The notes under the pieces were generated by a model. That model was given only the letters and a program-made list of their open reading frames with translations. It had not been told where the DNA came from and did no database searches. From Auanema rhodensis (taxonomy: Eukaryota; Animalia; Nematoda): 64,000 bases of DNA. The position numbers and the translations under genes were made by a program. Below, one piece after another: positions 1-14,218 of the stretch (positions are counted from its first letter, which is position 1; every line of letters starts with the position of its first letter). The stretch is from assembly GCA_964057225.1 (NCBI GenBank), contig OZ059896.1, forward strand, positions 8,308,001 to 8,372,000, written 5' to 3'.

Positions 1-3000
1 TAATACTTTGATTTGTTATAGTTTCTTTCTACTTTATTTCCACGAATATTTAATTTTTTATTATATATATATATATATATAGATAAATATATTAATTTTT
101 ATTTTCACTTCATTATTTTCATGAAGGAAAGAAAAAGCTAGTGACGATACGAATAAAATATTACCTAAGGCATAGACAAGAAGTCAAAGAAGAAGGGGAA
201 ACATCATTAACAAACCAATGGGAAAAGCTGTATTTAGTGCTGAAACGCTTATTCATCATGCTGAATAAAGGGAGTAAAAGAAAAAGAGAAAAAAGCGAGA
301 AACTGAGAAGAAAATGAGAGAAAACATAAAAGTAAGAGTAAAGTTAGAAAGTATGAGAGGGTGGGAAGAAGGTAATAGAGAGAAGGAAAAATTCGTCGTT
401 TTCTGTTGTTTTCTTTTTCTTTTCGCTCTATCTATCTTAACTATCTATATCTTTCTTCCTATTTTTCTTTGTTTCTCAGCAACTCTTTACGTATAAAAAG
501 TTTTTTTCCTTTGTGGATGTTCTCCTCCCATTCTCAGCTCATATGCATCTCCTTTTTTTTGCTTTTTGTCGCTTTTTGCTTGATTTCGAGTCATATTTTC
601 TATAACCATTTACTATTTTATTTTTTTTTCAATGAGCAGAAAACAAACCGATTTCACGTTTTCAACATTATGCACATCATTTCATAGTTCTGAAGCTCAA
701 ACTAGTTTACTATATATATATATATATATTTGTATCTAAACATTTTTATTCAATTCCATAACAAGTCAAAAATCTTCCAGACAGCTCAATTCGTGAAGAA
801 ATTTCGTTTACGAAATGTTATAGTCGTTTTTCCTGTATTAGAAGAAATAGGCAGCTTAATGCTCAAATTTTCTCATTTCTATAGAAAATTAAAGAAATAA
901 ATTTTTTTTATTGAATATAAAAGATTTCTTCTGTTCTTAGAAGCATAATTTGCTTCTATTGATGAATAATAAGTTTCAACAGGTTTGTGATATTAAACCT
1001 TTTGAGGAGACTATTCTAATATTTATCCTATCAAACATGCAAACTGTGTCTATATGCCATACTTTTTTTGTTGTTAAATTCATTTATTTTCTTTAATTTT
1101 TGTTTAATTTGGTTATATTTTCTTTCTTTTTCTCCTATAAAAAAAAGAACTGAAAGAAGAAACGTTGTGTTGGTATCTTAAAAATTTTCTGAGCAATTTC
1201 ATTGTTTTTTCTCGCCTCTCTTGCTGCGGTGCAGCACCACGTACACATACACATACATCTCTAGCCTCTTCTTCGGTTTCTTTGGATCATGATCATCATC
1301 TTCTCTTTCTATTATTTATTTCTACATCTATCAACTATCTCAATTACTTATAACCATCATCGTTTTTGACTTTGTTTTCATTACCTCAATAATTGCCGGA
1401 ATCGCATGAACTTGATGAAATGACTTGGAGTATTTGGGCTTGAATTTTGATTAATAACACAGCATATGTACATATACATGTGTTCAAATAGTTGTATGTA
1501 CATACATACATATATATATATATATACTATATAACTACTTACTTCTATCTACATATGTTTATATAAAAAAATATATTTTCTATTATTTACAACAAAAAAA
1601 AATTTTTTTTTTGATCTCTTATCATAATTATGCAAAATTCATCATTATAATAATATTTCTTTATATAGATTTTAAAATGTTTTGAACAGTTGCTTTATCA
1701 CATACAATAACTTTTTTTTATAATATATAAGTTTAATATTGAAAAGGAAATCAACTAATGATATGCATGTAAGTTTAAGAGGAATCATCTCAATCATCTC
1801 TTTTACTCATTTTATATGAAAAAATATAAAATTACAATGATGTCATGATTTAGTAGACTGAAATAAAAGCTTTGAGAAAGAAAACGATGTGTAGAATTAG
1901 TTGGCAAAAAAAAGGAAAAAAAGTAGTATTCATCTAGTAAACTTAGTTGAGATCTTTTAACTTGATTGTGTCGTATGAAGATTTTTTTTTGAATGAAATC
2001 AAAAAAAAAGAGAGGAAGAAGAAGAAAATCTGCACATTGTTATCAAATTCATATTCAAAGTAAATCTGGAATTGAAATCAATTAAATTGCTTTTTTCATT
2101 ATATGGCATGTATATGATGCGTAGATACATTCATATACACACAAATGTACATATGAATGCTTTTAGTATTTTCTTTATATTTACAATTGAGTTTCTTAAC
2201 ATTTATACGAAATCTCTTTAAAAAAAAAGGAAAGAAAAATATTTCTTTTATATATTCATCGATTTATATATCTATGTATATAGTTAAACATATTATTATA
2301 CTACTTTGTTCTATTATAGAAGCACATTTCATATCCACTCATGTCCGAAAATGAACATCTAAACTCTTGGGAAAAACGTTTGAAATGCTCAAGTCATTTG
2401 TCCTGAAAGCTAGTTTGCCCCCTTTTGCTTTAAAAAATAAAGAAAATGACATGGATCTAAGTCTATTCATCATCTTTGAGCATCTGGTAAAGAAAATGTG
2501 CTTCGGAAATATGCTAAAGATGGTTTTTTTAGTTTTTTTTAATGTTCGTTAGCTTATGAAGAAGAGCAAGGCTTCTAAAGGCTTCTGCTATTAGTTTGAT
2601 AGGCTTTAACAGGTTGAGAAACTATATTTCTGTAAAGATATATTATTGTGTTTTTGGCATATATTCTTTATAAATCCTTATAAAACAGATATTTTCATCT
2701 CTTTGCTAATCAACAATAAAAAAACGAAGAGAAAACGGTTTTGTATTAAATCTTTATTATCATTTTATCATTGATATTCAAAAATCTTTCCTTATATGTA
2801 TATATCGTTATACATATGTATATCCTTAGTATTTTAACATTATTTTCATATACTTAACCTCTCATTATTATCATTTACTATATGTGTTTGAATATTTTTT
2901 CTGTCTCTCGAGTATGATAGACTTTCATCACAACTGATACTTGATGTTGTTGTCGTCATCAGCATCAGCATCAGCCAAGTCTCGTCAACTAGATTCGACT

Positions 3001-4893
3001 CATTCATAATTCTTATGGCTGAGGCTTTTTCACATTTAGCTCCGACAACTTTATGAAAATCAATTTTTCTAATAATTATTTCTTTTTAAGATGTTTGACT
3101 TATGATCCAGTACAATGATATGTCCTTGTATCTGTTTCTCTTCATATTTCATTATAAATTTATTTTGTCGCTTCTTTTATTTCACTTTTTAGTGTTTTTT
3201 CTTTATACTTTAGCTTTCAAAATTTGTAGAAAGCATAGTAAATTTGAATCTTTTTTTGTTGTTTTTACCTGTTTGAATACAAAGAAAAAGAAACGAAGAA
3301 AAAGCCGTAGATGGTATCGTGAGATGAATATGAGTGAGAGGTTAAGCTAAAAGTTGAAGTTTTGTTTAAACTTGCCATAAACTTGAACTCTATACTGTAA
3401 GCACAACAGTTGTTTGTGTTAATCTTTTTTCGGAATTCTATTGCCTGTTCAATATCATAATAATCCTTAAAAGTTTCACGAGAACGGTTTATTCGAAGAA
3501 AAAAAAACTTGAAAGATAATTTATGCTGATATTTACTTTGTTTCGTATTTTTTCTTTGACGTCAACTTTTCTTTTTCTTTTTTTTCTTTCTTATTCATTT
3601 ACTTTAGTAAATAGTTTGCTCGCTTTGTTTTCTACTTACCACGAAATCTTATCGGTTCATCTTCAAGCAAAATGTGTATAGCTTATTGCAGACGATTGCA
3701 GGCTTTTAGAATTATATATAAGTTATTTATATTTTAATTTCTGAACATCGTATTCGGTGAATTAAAAGAAAACAATGAGAACACTCAAGCTGAAATATTG
3801 AACAGCTTTTTCAAACTTTACCGATGACGATATATGAAATAGCAAATTTGAATTTAATTCAATATAATATATTTCGCTTTGTTAATAATCAATGAATTTT
3901 AGGCCGAAAATCGTTTGAAATTTGGAATACAATTTGAAAAAAATAAAAAATATTTCTGGAAATGAAATCACAGAGCGAATTTCGTTTCTTTAATATTCTT
4001 GAGCAAAAATATAGAAAAACGTTTCATTCAATTTTCTATATGAAGGTCGTTACAAAAAAAAATTGACATGTTTTTATTGACATCTTAACAGAAAAATTGA
4101 TAAAAAATAACATTAAGCTTGAACAACTTTATTAAACATATCTTATTTTCATGAAGCTACTTCAATTGATATTTTTGACTTATTTGACATGCAAAATTAG
4201 ATAAAAAGCTGTGGAAAATAATGAAAATTCGGGATCGAAACATAACATGAAAAAGGAAAACTTTTCCTTTTCATTATATTTTCTAGATTTTGTATTGTTA
4301 TAGTATTGAATACTCATTAGATCCGTTATGCTTACTTTCTTATTATCAAATTAAAGTCATGTGTATTATATATGTGATGAATGCACTTGAGCTGAATACG
4401 TAAGCATATGAAAAGCCGGAATGTACTTTTCGATTAGTCTATTCCTTATATAGTTAATTACATAACCTGACTTTATAAAACAATTATTGTGAGCCAAGTA
4501 AGAGAAGTATTTAATTTAATTCAAATAGTTCTCTAGTTTTTGCTCTCACTCTCTCTCTACCTCTCTATATCTTCATATATACCTCTCTTCGTATATATTC
4601 TATCTCATTTCCTTTCTTTCTTCTTCAGTTCTGCTTCTACTTAACACACAGGAATATACTAACAGACTAACTCATGAACTAACTAACACTCGCAACTTAT
4701 ATAGTCATTGCTTTCCTCTAAGCTATCTTTCTCAATCTCATCTCCATGTCTATCACCCCTTCCCTACCCCTTTGTTTCTATTCTATATCTAATTTTTCTC
4801 CCGTTTTTTATCTATTTCTCTTTTTATTCTTAAATTCCAGCTTATTTTATTGTTTCTTTCTTCTCAATCTCCCTATTTCTTTTTCCATATATG

Positions 4894-4895
<2 letters not shown>

Positions 4896-4948
<53 letters not shown>
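4896..4948. repeat. (TC)n microsatellite
   Basis: About 26 perfect TC units; the source of the SLSLSL ORFs. Confidence 0.97.
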
Positions 4949-4950
<2 letters not shown>

Positions 4951-6454
4951 GTCTTTTCGTACTTCAACCACCCATATTATTCACATTTATCTTTTCCTCT
5001 GGATACATATATTGTATTATACGTTATTTTTCTCTATACAAGTATATTTCATTGCTTTTACTCTTCAATCATTATTTTCTCTAATTCTCTGTATTACATC
5101 ATTAATAAATTTACTATTTCTCTTTATCTTCCAACTTCATACTGACCTATAAGTTTCTGGAGAGTTCTCTATATCAGACATGTTATTCTTAATTAGTTTT
5201 TTTAAAAATTAATAATTTTATCAATTAATTATGTTGCTTTTTTCTAATTGTCGTAATTCTATATAATAGAACTTGTCAAAGCAAAAATTAAAAAAATATA
5301 TATTTTCTTCATATCTTCTTTTTTTTTTTAAATTTTACATTTTTTTCTCGAAGCCTTTTTTTATATTTAATAAAACAATTCATAGTTGGATATGTACATG
5401 TGTAATTTATAGCTAAAACAGCAATAAAATGAAATGGAAAATACCAAGTTTTCTTTTCTCAAATTTTAACAATTTATTTTTTTGTCTTTCATTTATTATA
5501 TTACTACTATTGATGAACTTACTCAAACTACTGTTGATCAGTCTCTATCTAGAAATTGAAAATTGTTTCAAATACTTCATGTTATATGTTTCTCCTTCAA
5601 ATTTTAAGGACATATAATTATCAAAAGTTTATTTTTCTTTCTTATCAACTACATACACATACATACTTACTTACATATCCATGATTAAACCAAACTAAAT
5701 AAGAAAAATACAAATTTGCTACTAAATAACTGTCCTTTAACTTTGTTCTACACAAGCTATAGAGTAAGAATATTTGAAATTCCAAGTGATTTTCTTATTC
5801 AACCGCTTTGAGCTACAAATGAACTTTTTGTTTACAAATGTTTAAAGAAAAAATTACTTTTCGAAATATTTGATGAATATATATATAGATATATATATAT
5901 ATATATATATGTGCTTGCTTTGATAAAAAAAACACAGAAAACGCTCAGGAGTTGATAGAATGAAGGATAGCAGAGAGAATGAGATTTGAGATTTGAGATG
6001 CAAGCTTTAGAAAATCCTATTTCTTCTCTTTTTCTCACATTCTATTTCTGGAGTAAAAGTACAAAAACAGCTTCACCTCTCCTATCTTTTTCTGTTGTTC
6101 TATACTCTCCCATTCATTCATCTTTTTGACTATACTTCATATTTTAGTCTCTCGTTTGGTACATATGACGTACATACTTTTGCAAAATTAACGTGTAAGT
6201 TCAGGACTGAACATTTCTTTTACAAGCCCACTAGATGGTTGAGCACATCTTGTGCTATATCTTTACTGGTTCTTATCGTTCATGTACTTTTTTTTGCATT
6301 TTTATGCATCCCAAGCCATTTTGACTCATTCTATCCCTTGGTATAGTCTAGTTGCTACCGGTGCTATACATATAACTGCAATTTATCTATTCATGTTATG
6401 TCTTTATATTCCTATTTATATCATTTTAATATAGTTAAAGTTAATTCTAAACAG

Positions 6455-6495
<41 letters not shown>

Positions 6496-7242
6496 AATTT
6501 AAAAAAAAAATATATATATATATACATGCTCTATCTAATCTCATCTACATCAACTTTGATCTATATTATCTTCAATATTTGATGCTTTCAGTGCTTTGGG
6601 GCAGTTGTCATCATAGGCAGTTTCTTCAGCTTTTCTCTTTATTCTTGAAATACTTTGAAAACAAATCGGTTTTTCTCGCTAAACGAGTAAGAACAGATTC
6701 AGTCACCATACTAAAAGCTCAGCGTCAGATGAGTAACAAATACGTATTTTTCTTCTTTTCTTTATCTTACTCAGCTTCTTCTACATCTTTTTCTTTTCTT
6801 TTTTTTATTTCTTGACAAGACGACACAAGAAAGACAAAAAAGTTAAAACTAGTTAACAGAATCTATCCTTTTCTTTTGAAATGAAATGAAATAGAAAGAT
6901 AAAACCATTTCTATTCTAAACATCTTCTTTATTATCTGGAGTTACTTCAGTTATATTATGGAATATGCTTAATTATATTCATTTTTCATTGAAATCTTGC
7001 ACTTTCTTTTACTTTCGGCATATTTATCATTGGTTTTCATCATTTCTGCCTTCATTTATGCTGCATTTCTATTTCCGACAATATATTCCAGGAAAATTGA
7101 CATCAATACTTGTTGACAATCATTAAATCTTTTCATTTATCTTATAAATTCATTTATATTTTTTGCTTTGAATTTGTTAGTATTGTTTGTTTTCCATCTT
7201 CATTTCTACGAATTAGACTAACTTATCTTCAGCACTTTTCAG

Positions 7243-7361
7243 GTTTCTTGCAAGATATTCTCATCTAAAACTGAAAGATAATCATCTTTACTTCAAGTTG
7301 TCTATCACATCACTTGAATACACCAGAAAATGGTCTGCACGGAAGAGGAATTTTACTATAA
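7243..7361 (+). other. Candidate alternative first exon of the 11383-13330 GPCR (ATG at 7330, MVCTEEEFYY)
   Basis: TTTTCAG acceptor ends at 7242. The phase-2 donor AA|GTTCGT at 7361/7362 joins in frame to the 11588 exon, giving MVCTEEEFYYNCVLVVYVEP. Confidence 0.45.
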
Positions 7362-8379
7362 GTTCGTTTTTACCTTTAATATTTTTCTTTTTATTCAAAT
7401 AATAAACTTGAACTTTATTTTTATTTTTCTAACATCTCAATTGAGAATAGTGTATTTGAAACATTTTTTGCAGTTTAATGAAACTTTAAAAACTTAACAA
7501 TTATATTTGCACGATCTATAAACAAATTTTGGAATATCAAGCTATTGGCAAGCTATTTAAAAGTTTATTTCAAACTTGAACTCATACTACTCCTTTTAGT
7601 TTTTGAGCATTATTCGATAGTTTAAACTTAAATTAAATTGTTTATCATAACATTCACAGCTCAAAAGATGGTGTCCGTTTCTAAATTTTTTGGCCATTTT
7701 GTTTTTCTTTTGCCAAAATCTTATTTTTGAAGTTAACGTTTTGAAATCTTTCAACTCACCTTTGTGAGAAAAGTTCATTGTTTTCTGAACTATAGAGAGA
7801 TCGTCTTATAGATATTATCGTCTAGACGTGTCTGAGAAAAAAAAAGAAAATAGAAAAGCTTAAAAGAATAAGAAAAAAGTTTGAAAATTTTTAGGTTGTT
7901 TTCATTATTTTCCGGACCCAAAAAAGGTTCATATTGCAAAAAAAAAAATATTTTTAATTTAGCTTCGAAAGCAAGAAAACACTGATTGTCTAACTTCAGG
8001 GAAAAGCATTAGAGTTTTATTAAATATATGCTATAAAACATTATATATTAACTATATATAAATATAAATATATAACATATGTATTTAGATATATGTATGT
8101 ATGTATGCATGTACATAAACTAGAGGGACATTCCCATTTTTAGAGTCCATGACTAAAATAAATTTAGAGAAGAACTTAAAATCCTAGCAGTGTATTATTC
8201 ATTGCGCTATTCAAAAGTGAAACTTTTTAATTTGAAAGTTTCATGTTCGAAATTTCGTTTGTTTATATCTATTTTGCCACAAGCTGCCTCTCTATATCCC
8301 TGATATTTTAACAAAATTCTCTCTTCTATTCTCTCTTTTACGTGTCAGTAAAAGGATTTGTATGGAAAAAAGTTCAAAT

Positions 8380-8416
<37 letters not shown>

Positions 8417-11382
8417 GTTTCAAGAAATTATTTGAAAATATGCTTTTCATTGAAAACATAGAGATATGAAGTACTAAGCTTTTAAACTTACTTGGCAACA
8501 AGTGAAATGTTTTAAGTGAAAATTGAAAAAAAAAAAGAAGATGAACCCACCAAGAAAAGCATTGATTAGAAAACTAAAACTTAAACAAAAAAGTTTTTTT
8601 TTCAAATTTAATTGAACAATAATAATATTAGAAGGATATAATGTTATCTGAATAATTATTATATCTACTCTCATCCTATTATATTTGGTTTAATCGCAAT
8701 ATTTCATCTTTTTTTTGCATATTCAATGAAGGGTACTATTAATTTTTTATCCAATCAGAAAGTTAAGAAACTTTTTCTAATCATATCATTTCTTTGAATA
8801 ATTATTATCTATAAATCTAAAAATGCGTAAAATAATAATATAATAGTTAATTCATAAAGTACATAAATGCATGTAGTCAATTCGTCTTTTTCTCATTTAG
8901 TATAGTTATGTAATTGAGTTTGTTCATGATTTTTCGATTAAAATTCTAAAATATTCCTATTTTTTTGTTTCTTTAATCACTTTTCAAAAAGTTTTCATCA
9001 TAAAGAAGTAAATTGAAAAAGCATATGATATTCCGATCTATATATCTCTCTCACTTTCATTCAGTTAAGTAGCCCTTAACAATTCAAAAATGTCTCCAGA
9101 AAATTGAGAAATCATCTGTATGACGTCAGTCTTTTTTGTTTTTCTATTTATGCACATATTATACATACATATATATATATAAATATATTTATACGTACAT
9201 ATGTATGTATGTCCATTTTTGAATATTTTAGATATATTTTTAAAAAATTATTTATTTAATTTTTACAAATTCTTTTTTTTTATTAAATATTTATATTATA
9301 AAATATTATAGTTAAGTATCTGAACAACATTTTTGAAATTTTAAATATCAATTTTAATTGATGAGCTGTAAAAATTATTTGTTTTTGTTTTTACAAAGAA
9401 AAAATAATGAAAATAAAGTTATATTTTGGAAAGGTTATGAGACCTCAATGACGTTTTGTATACTTTTAGTATAATATTAGTAAATATTTTATAGAAAGTT
9501 CAATAATAATTCTAAAAAAATTAAAAATATGAATATATCAATTAAATAAATTAAACCTCAATTTCTTTACTTATTATGATATATCTACATACTTGTACCC
9601 CTCACACATTTTATGTTTCTTCTTCTCTTATCAAGGCTTTGCTTTGAAACTTTGGAAAATTTTCCAACTCAATATTTCTTCATTCACTTCAAACTTTGAT
9701 CTGATTAGAAGAATTAAATCTATATCTAAACCTATTTCATATCAAATTTCAGTTTGAATTAAATTAAAATTCGATAAATTAAAAGATTTGTTATATACCA
9801 TATCATAAGCAAAATAAGATCAACAAGCTAATATTTTGAATTATTTCATATTTTCATTTCTTTCGAATATCATTCCATTTTTATTTGAAACGATATTCAA
9901 GAATATAATAAATTCACACATATGAAAATCTAACAAACCCTCAAAAACAAGAAGAATGTCTAAAGAGGTGTGGATGATATAGTAGCAGTAAACGCCACGA
10001 GGCCGAGTTGTGGCAGAAAAAAAAGAGAATAATGATTTTTATTTATTTATTTTATTTTTCATCAGCATTTTTTTTCATTTAGTTTTCTTTTTTTTTCTTT
10101 TTATTTGAAATAATCCCAGATTTTAAATAGGATATATTGGTGCTAACTACTTGTTTAAACGATTGTTCTAAGTAGTTTCACTCAAAAGTGGAAAAGGCTT
10201 GCTATGTTATGGACCTCTTCACCCTCAGTTCTTAGAAACTTTCAGTAAGCAACAATCATGCTCTCTTTTGAAGTTAGCTTGATGTAATAGGTTCTATACC
10301 TCATGTAGCAAGAAGGGGGGTGGGGGTACCACTGGAAGTAAAATGTAAAAGTAAAAGGAAACGAAAAACTCTCCAATGTCCTTCCATTTCCTCGGACTTT
10401 TGCCACTAGTTTTCATCGTTCAAGACACATATTCAAAGAATTTTCTAGAAACCATTGACTAAGATTAAGCTTTTAGTCAACGTATTCAGGACTTAGAAGA
10501 CATACACGGACATTTTAAATTTTTTTTTGTGAATTCTTTGTTTGATATCATCTTCAATATTCCATTACTCTTAAACTCTTTGCTCTTTTTTAGAAACAAT
10601 TTTTTATCCATTTTAGTCGCATTGTTCTTCCTCATTTCTTGATGATTATTTAAGAGAGAAACTGAAAAAAAGAAAAGAAGAAAACCAAGAAATGCATAAA
10701 ATGAATTGTTTTTGATAATGGGGTTCAAAGTGAAATTAAAACTTAAATCTTTAAGCTGTATTCTTTTCATATAAGCTATAATAAACTTTAATTTTTAGTT
10801 TATATTAAATTAAATTTGAATAATAAGAAAGAAATGATTATACATAAAACTAAGAGAAATAAATGATGAAGCAAACTTGAGAGAATATGAGGGGGGGGGG
10901 ACGAAAAGCGGCAAAAATGACTGTTGTTTGATTATAGACTAGTTAGTTACATCATCACATATCACACTCATAGCAAATTTATTCAATAAATGCCTAGTTA
11001 TATTGTGTTGCTTATGCTTTCAACTACTAGACATCCATCTATTTCACTTTATTTTCAAGTTCCGAGTTAAATTCTGACAGCATTTATCACATTTTCTATT
11101 TTTTTTCTCTTTCTTTTGATCTTATCGAACTGAGTGTTTGTTAAATTTTGAGAAAAATCCATATAGTTATGTGTATAGTATGTACACATAGTTAAACATT
11201 ATACAATAATATATACTATATGTATATAATATTATAATAATTAATTTTTTTTATACTCATTTTTTATTATTTTCTCTTATAGTAAATAAATCTAATTCAC
11301 CTATCGAATCGTATCAAAACCAGTTTGGTTTTGAAAATGTTTGTTTTAATTTAATTTATTTCTTTTTCCTATTTAAGTATAA

Positions 11383-13330
11383 ATGAAAAAGGAATATTCA
11401 TCTATATCAATAGCATCTGAAGATCTAGCTATTTGGTTAAATTCTTTAAGGTAAGAAATTACAGAAAATATACTAATTATATACATATAAACACGGTATT
11501 ATCTTAAAAATATAATTAATATAATTAAAAATAATTTTTATTCGTTATATTTATTACAATTTAATGATAATATATCATATATTTCAGTTGTGTTCTTGTC
11601 GTATATGTGGAGCCAATACTTTGCTCAATCGGCTTTCTTCTGAATTGCGCATGCATAGCCGTGTTTCTCAGGTATTTCTTGAATTTTTTTTTCATGTTTT
11701 ACCTCTTCCTAATTTAAGCGTTTCCTCACATGGATATTTTCGTAAAACATCTTTACTTACATACCTTGTCGCTTTATCAGCTTGCAATGCTATTCAACTA
11801 CTTTTCTCCGTTTTTGTTATTGTTCTACCAGCTATGGAGCAGGTTGTTTCAACATATTTTTCATTATTTTTCTCATTAATTATCAAAAAAATGATTTTTT
11901 TCTTTAAAAATAAAATAATTCACATAATTTATAAACTTGTATTTCAGTTTATTGGTGAAGAACATGCCGAGAAAGCAACTAATTTGAGAAGCATAAATTC
12001 CAAAACAGTTCGATTAGGATATCCATTGCTATTAGCAGCGAATTATTCAGCCATATGGTTATTGGCTTTAACTTGTGCTCAAAGATATCAGGTATATAAG
12101 CTTTTTTTTTATTTTTAACACTGAATTTTTTATCAGAAAATTTAAAATTTATTTGAATTTTTTTTTGGAATTTTTAAAGCTAAAATATATATTTTTGAAA
12201 CTATGTGTATAAAAATTTTATACATATACTATGTCTCTAGTATATAATAATGTCTTATTAAACTTTGTTTTTATTTTTCTTCATAAAAAAACTTTATTTT
12301 AGGCTATATGTCATCCATCGAATCCTTGGAAAATGCGCCTGAGTTGTGTACGTCGAAGCAAAGCAGCAGTTACTTTTGTGGTTACAGTTGCTATAGGTTA
12401 GCTAATAAAATCCATATAAACATAGATGTATATTTAATATATATTAAACTTAAATATTAAACTTATATATTTATGTTAAGTTCATAATAATTTATATTTT
12501 GAACTTTTAGCTTTAAATATTATACGATTTTGGGAATTAGAATGGACAGATGAACAAGGAATTGTTGTAAACTCAAAATTACGGTATATTTTCAAATAAT
12601 ATTTATTTATATATTATTTATAAACTTGTTCCAGTGATCATATTTTATATAAAATAATCCAAGAAGGACTCGTATATGGAGTTATTGTTTATGGTTTGCC
12701 CATCTGTTTACTGATCTGGCTCAATAAGAACATCATTCAACTTATTCATTCAGAACAGGTAAAATAACAAAAATATTTATAAATTATTTTTAAAATTCTA
12801 TTTAAGATTCATGTACAACCTTCACGAAGATCAGCTGAATATCGTACAGCATTAATGACTGTTTGTGTATTTGTTGTCTTCTTCTTATGTACAACATTAT
12901 CAGCGTCGATTCGATTATTTATGTAAGTTATAATTGTTTTTTTAAAGTTTAAATCAAGTTTAAAAACATATAATTATATAAAAATTATATTTTATAATTA
13001 TTTAAATTGGAAAAATATTTTCAAATATTTTAAGGATCGTTGCTGGAGAAGTTGTTGATGCTGTTGATCTTGTATGGCTTGTTGATTTATCAAATTTGTT
13101 AATGAATATTAATGCTCTTATAACACCAATCATATGCTTTGTCTTTACAAGAGGATTTAAGGTTTCTAAATTATATAATATAATTACAAATAAATAATAA
13201 TAATTCATTTCAGGATTTATTCTTTGTCATTCGCTTTGCTCCAAAATTATCAATAGAAAAGGTCGATTATTTCCATGTTCCATCACAACATCAAATGCTA
13301 TCAGCTGAATATAGAAGCGATATAATTTGA
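11383..13330 (+). CDS. Class A (rhodopsin-like) GPCR, FMRFamide-peptide-receptor-like (FRPR) family, ~356 aa, 10 exons
   Basis: Exons 11383-11450, 11588-11671, 11719-11842, 11948-12091, 12303-12396, 12511-12583, 12635-12758, 12807-12922, 13035-13161, 13214-13330, all GT-AG with consistent phases. Seven TM segments: TM1 VLVVYVEPILCSIGFLLNCACIAVFL, TM2 TYLVALSACNAIQLL, TM3 YSAIWLLALTCAQRYQAICHP, TM4 ...LNIIRFWE, TM5 VIVYGLPICLLIWLN, TM6 ALMTVCVFVVFFLC, TM7 LSNLLMNINALITPIIC. AATAAA at 13502. Confidence 0.9.
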
Positions 13331-13501
13331 TTTTTTTCTTAATTTTTATTATTAGTATTATTATTTTTTTATTTTTTTTACATATCATACAAGTCAATCA
13401 AGTACAAGTATGATGATATCACGGCCTAATGATCTGAAGTGCCTCCTATACATTCATTAAAAGAAATTATTCTGATAATGAAGTATCATAGGCTGACCAT
13501 T

Positions 13502-13507
13502 AATAAA
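13502..13507 (+). terminator. Poly(A) signal of the + strand GPCR
   Basis: AATAAA ~170 nt after the stop codon, repeated nearby. Confidence 0.55.
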
Positions 13508-13744
13508 TAAAAAAAAATATAAATTTTCAATAAATCATTATTATGCTCATTTGTTTTTATTTATTTAAATAATTTACATCTATATACATAAATATATTTA
13601 TAATATATTATATGAATAAAACGAAATAAACTTCTTCTTTTCATTCTACAAGTTTTTGAACATTTTTGAATTACAACAAATTATCTTTTATGAAATTTGG
13701 AAAGATATAAGAGATTTAACAAAGTTGTTGTTATATTAAAAATA

Positions 13745-13750
13745 TTTATT
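13745..13750 (-). terminator. Candidate poly(A) signal of the frpr-10-like gene
   Basis: Minus-strand AATAAA ~470 nt after the stop codon. Confidence 0.45.
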
Positions 13751-14218
13751 TGAAATCATCATACAAAATGAACAAAAGGCACATAGTTATAACTGTTTAC
13801 AAAGAAGCTAAGACATGTTTTTGAATGATTAAAATTTACAAATGATTTGCAGATCTTTATAGAGTTTACCCGACCATCAAAATTTTGAAAATGTTCAATT
13901 TATATTTATATGGTTTATAGTTAAGATTTGAGATCAAATCAATTCAATGAATTAAATTTTAATATTTCATTATTTTGAAATATTTTTATAGATTTGTTTG
14001 TTTTTTTAATTGGCACATTGGGAGGACAGGAAATAAAAGAATAAAACCAACATATGTTTGAGCGAAATCAGCTTGATCTGTTATCGTATGGCAAAAACCA
14101 TTGAAAATATTCTTGAGCGTTCAAAAGGCATACAATAAAAATCAAGAAATGCGAAAACAGCTAATTATCAATGAAAAGGAATTCAAATGTCTAATATACA
14201 TATATCATATACATATAG

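Noticed and set aside
314-6815. Numerous 60-112 aa F/L/S/I-rich ORFs in the ORF track, here and through 17-41 kb
   Set aside because: They arise from T-rich and microsatellite sequence and show no domains or coherent exon chains.
10437-10451. Perfect three-unit heat-shock element AGAATTTTCTAGAAA
   Set aside because: Roughly one such match is expected by chance in 64 kb of this composition, and no chaperone gene is nearby.
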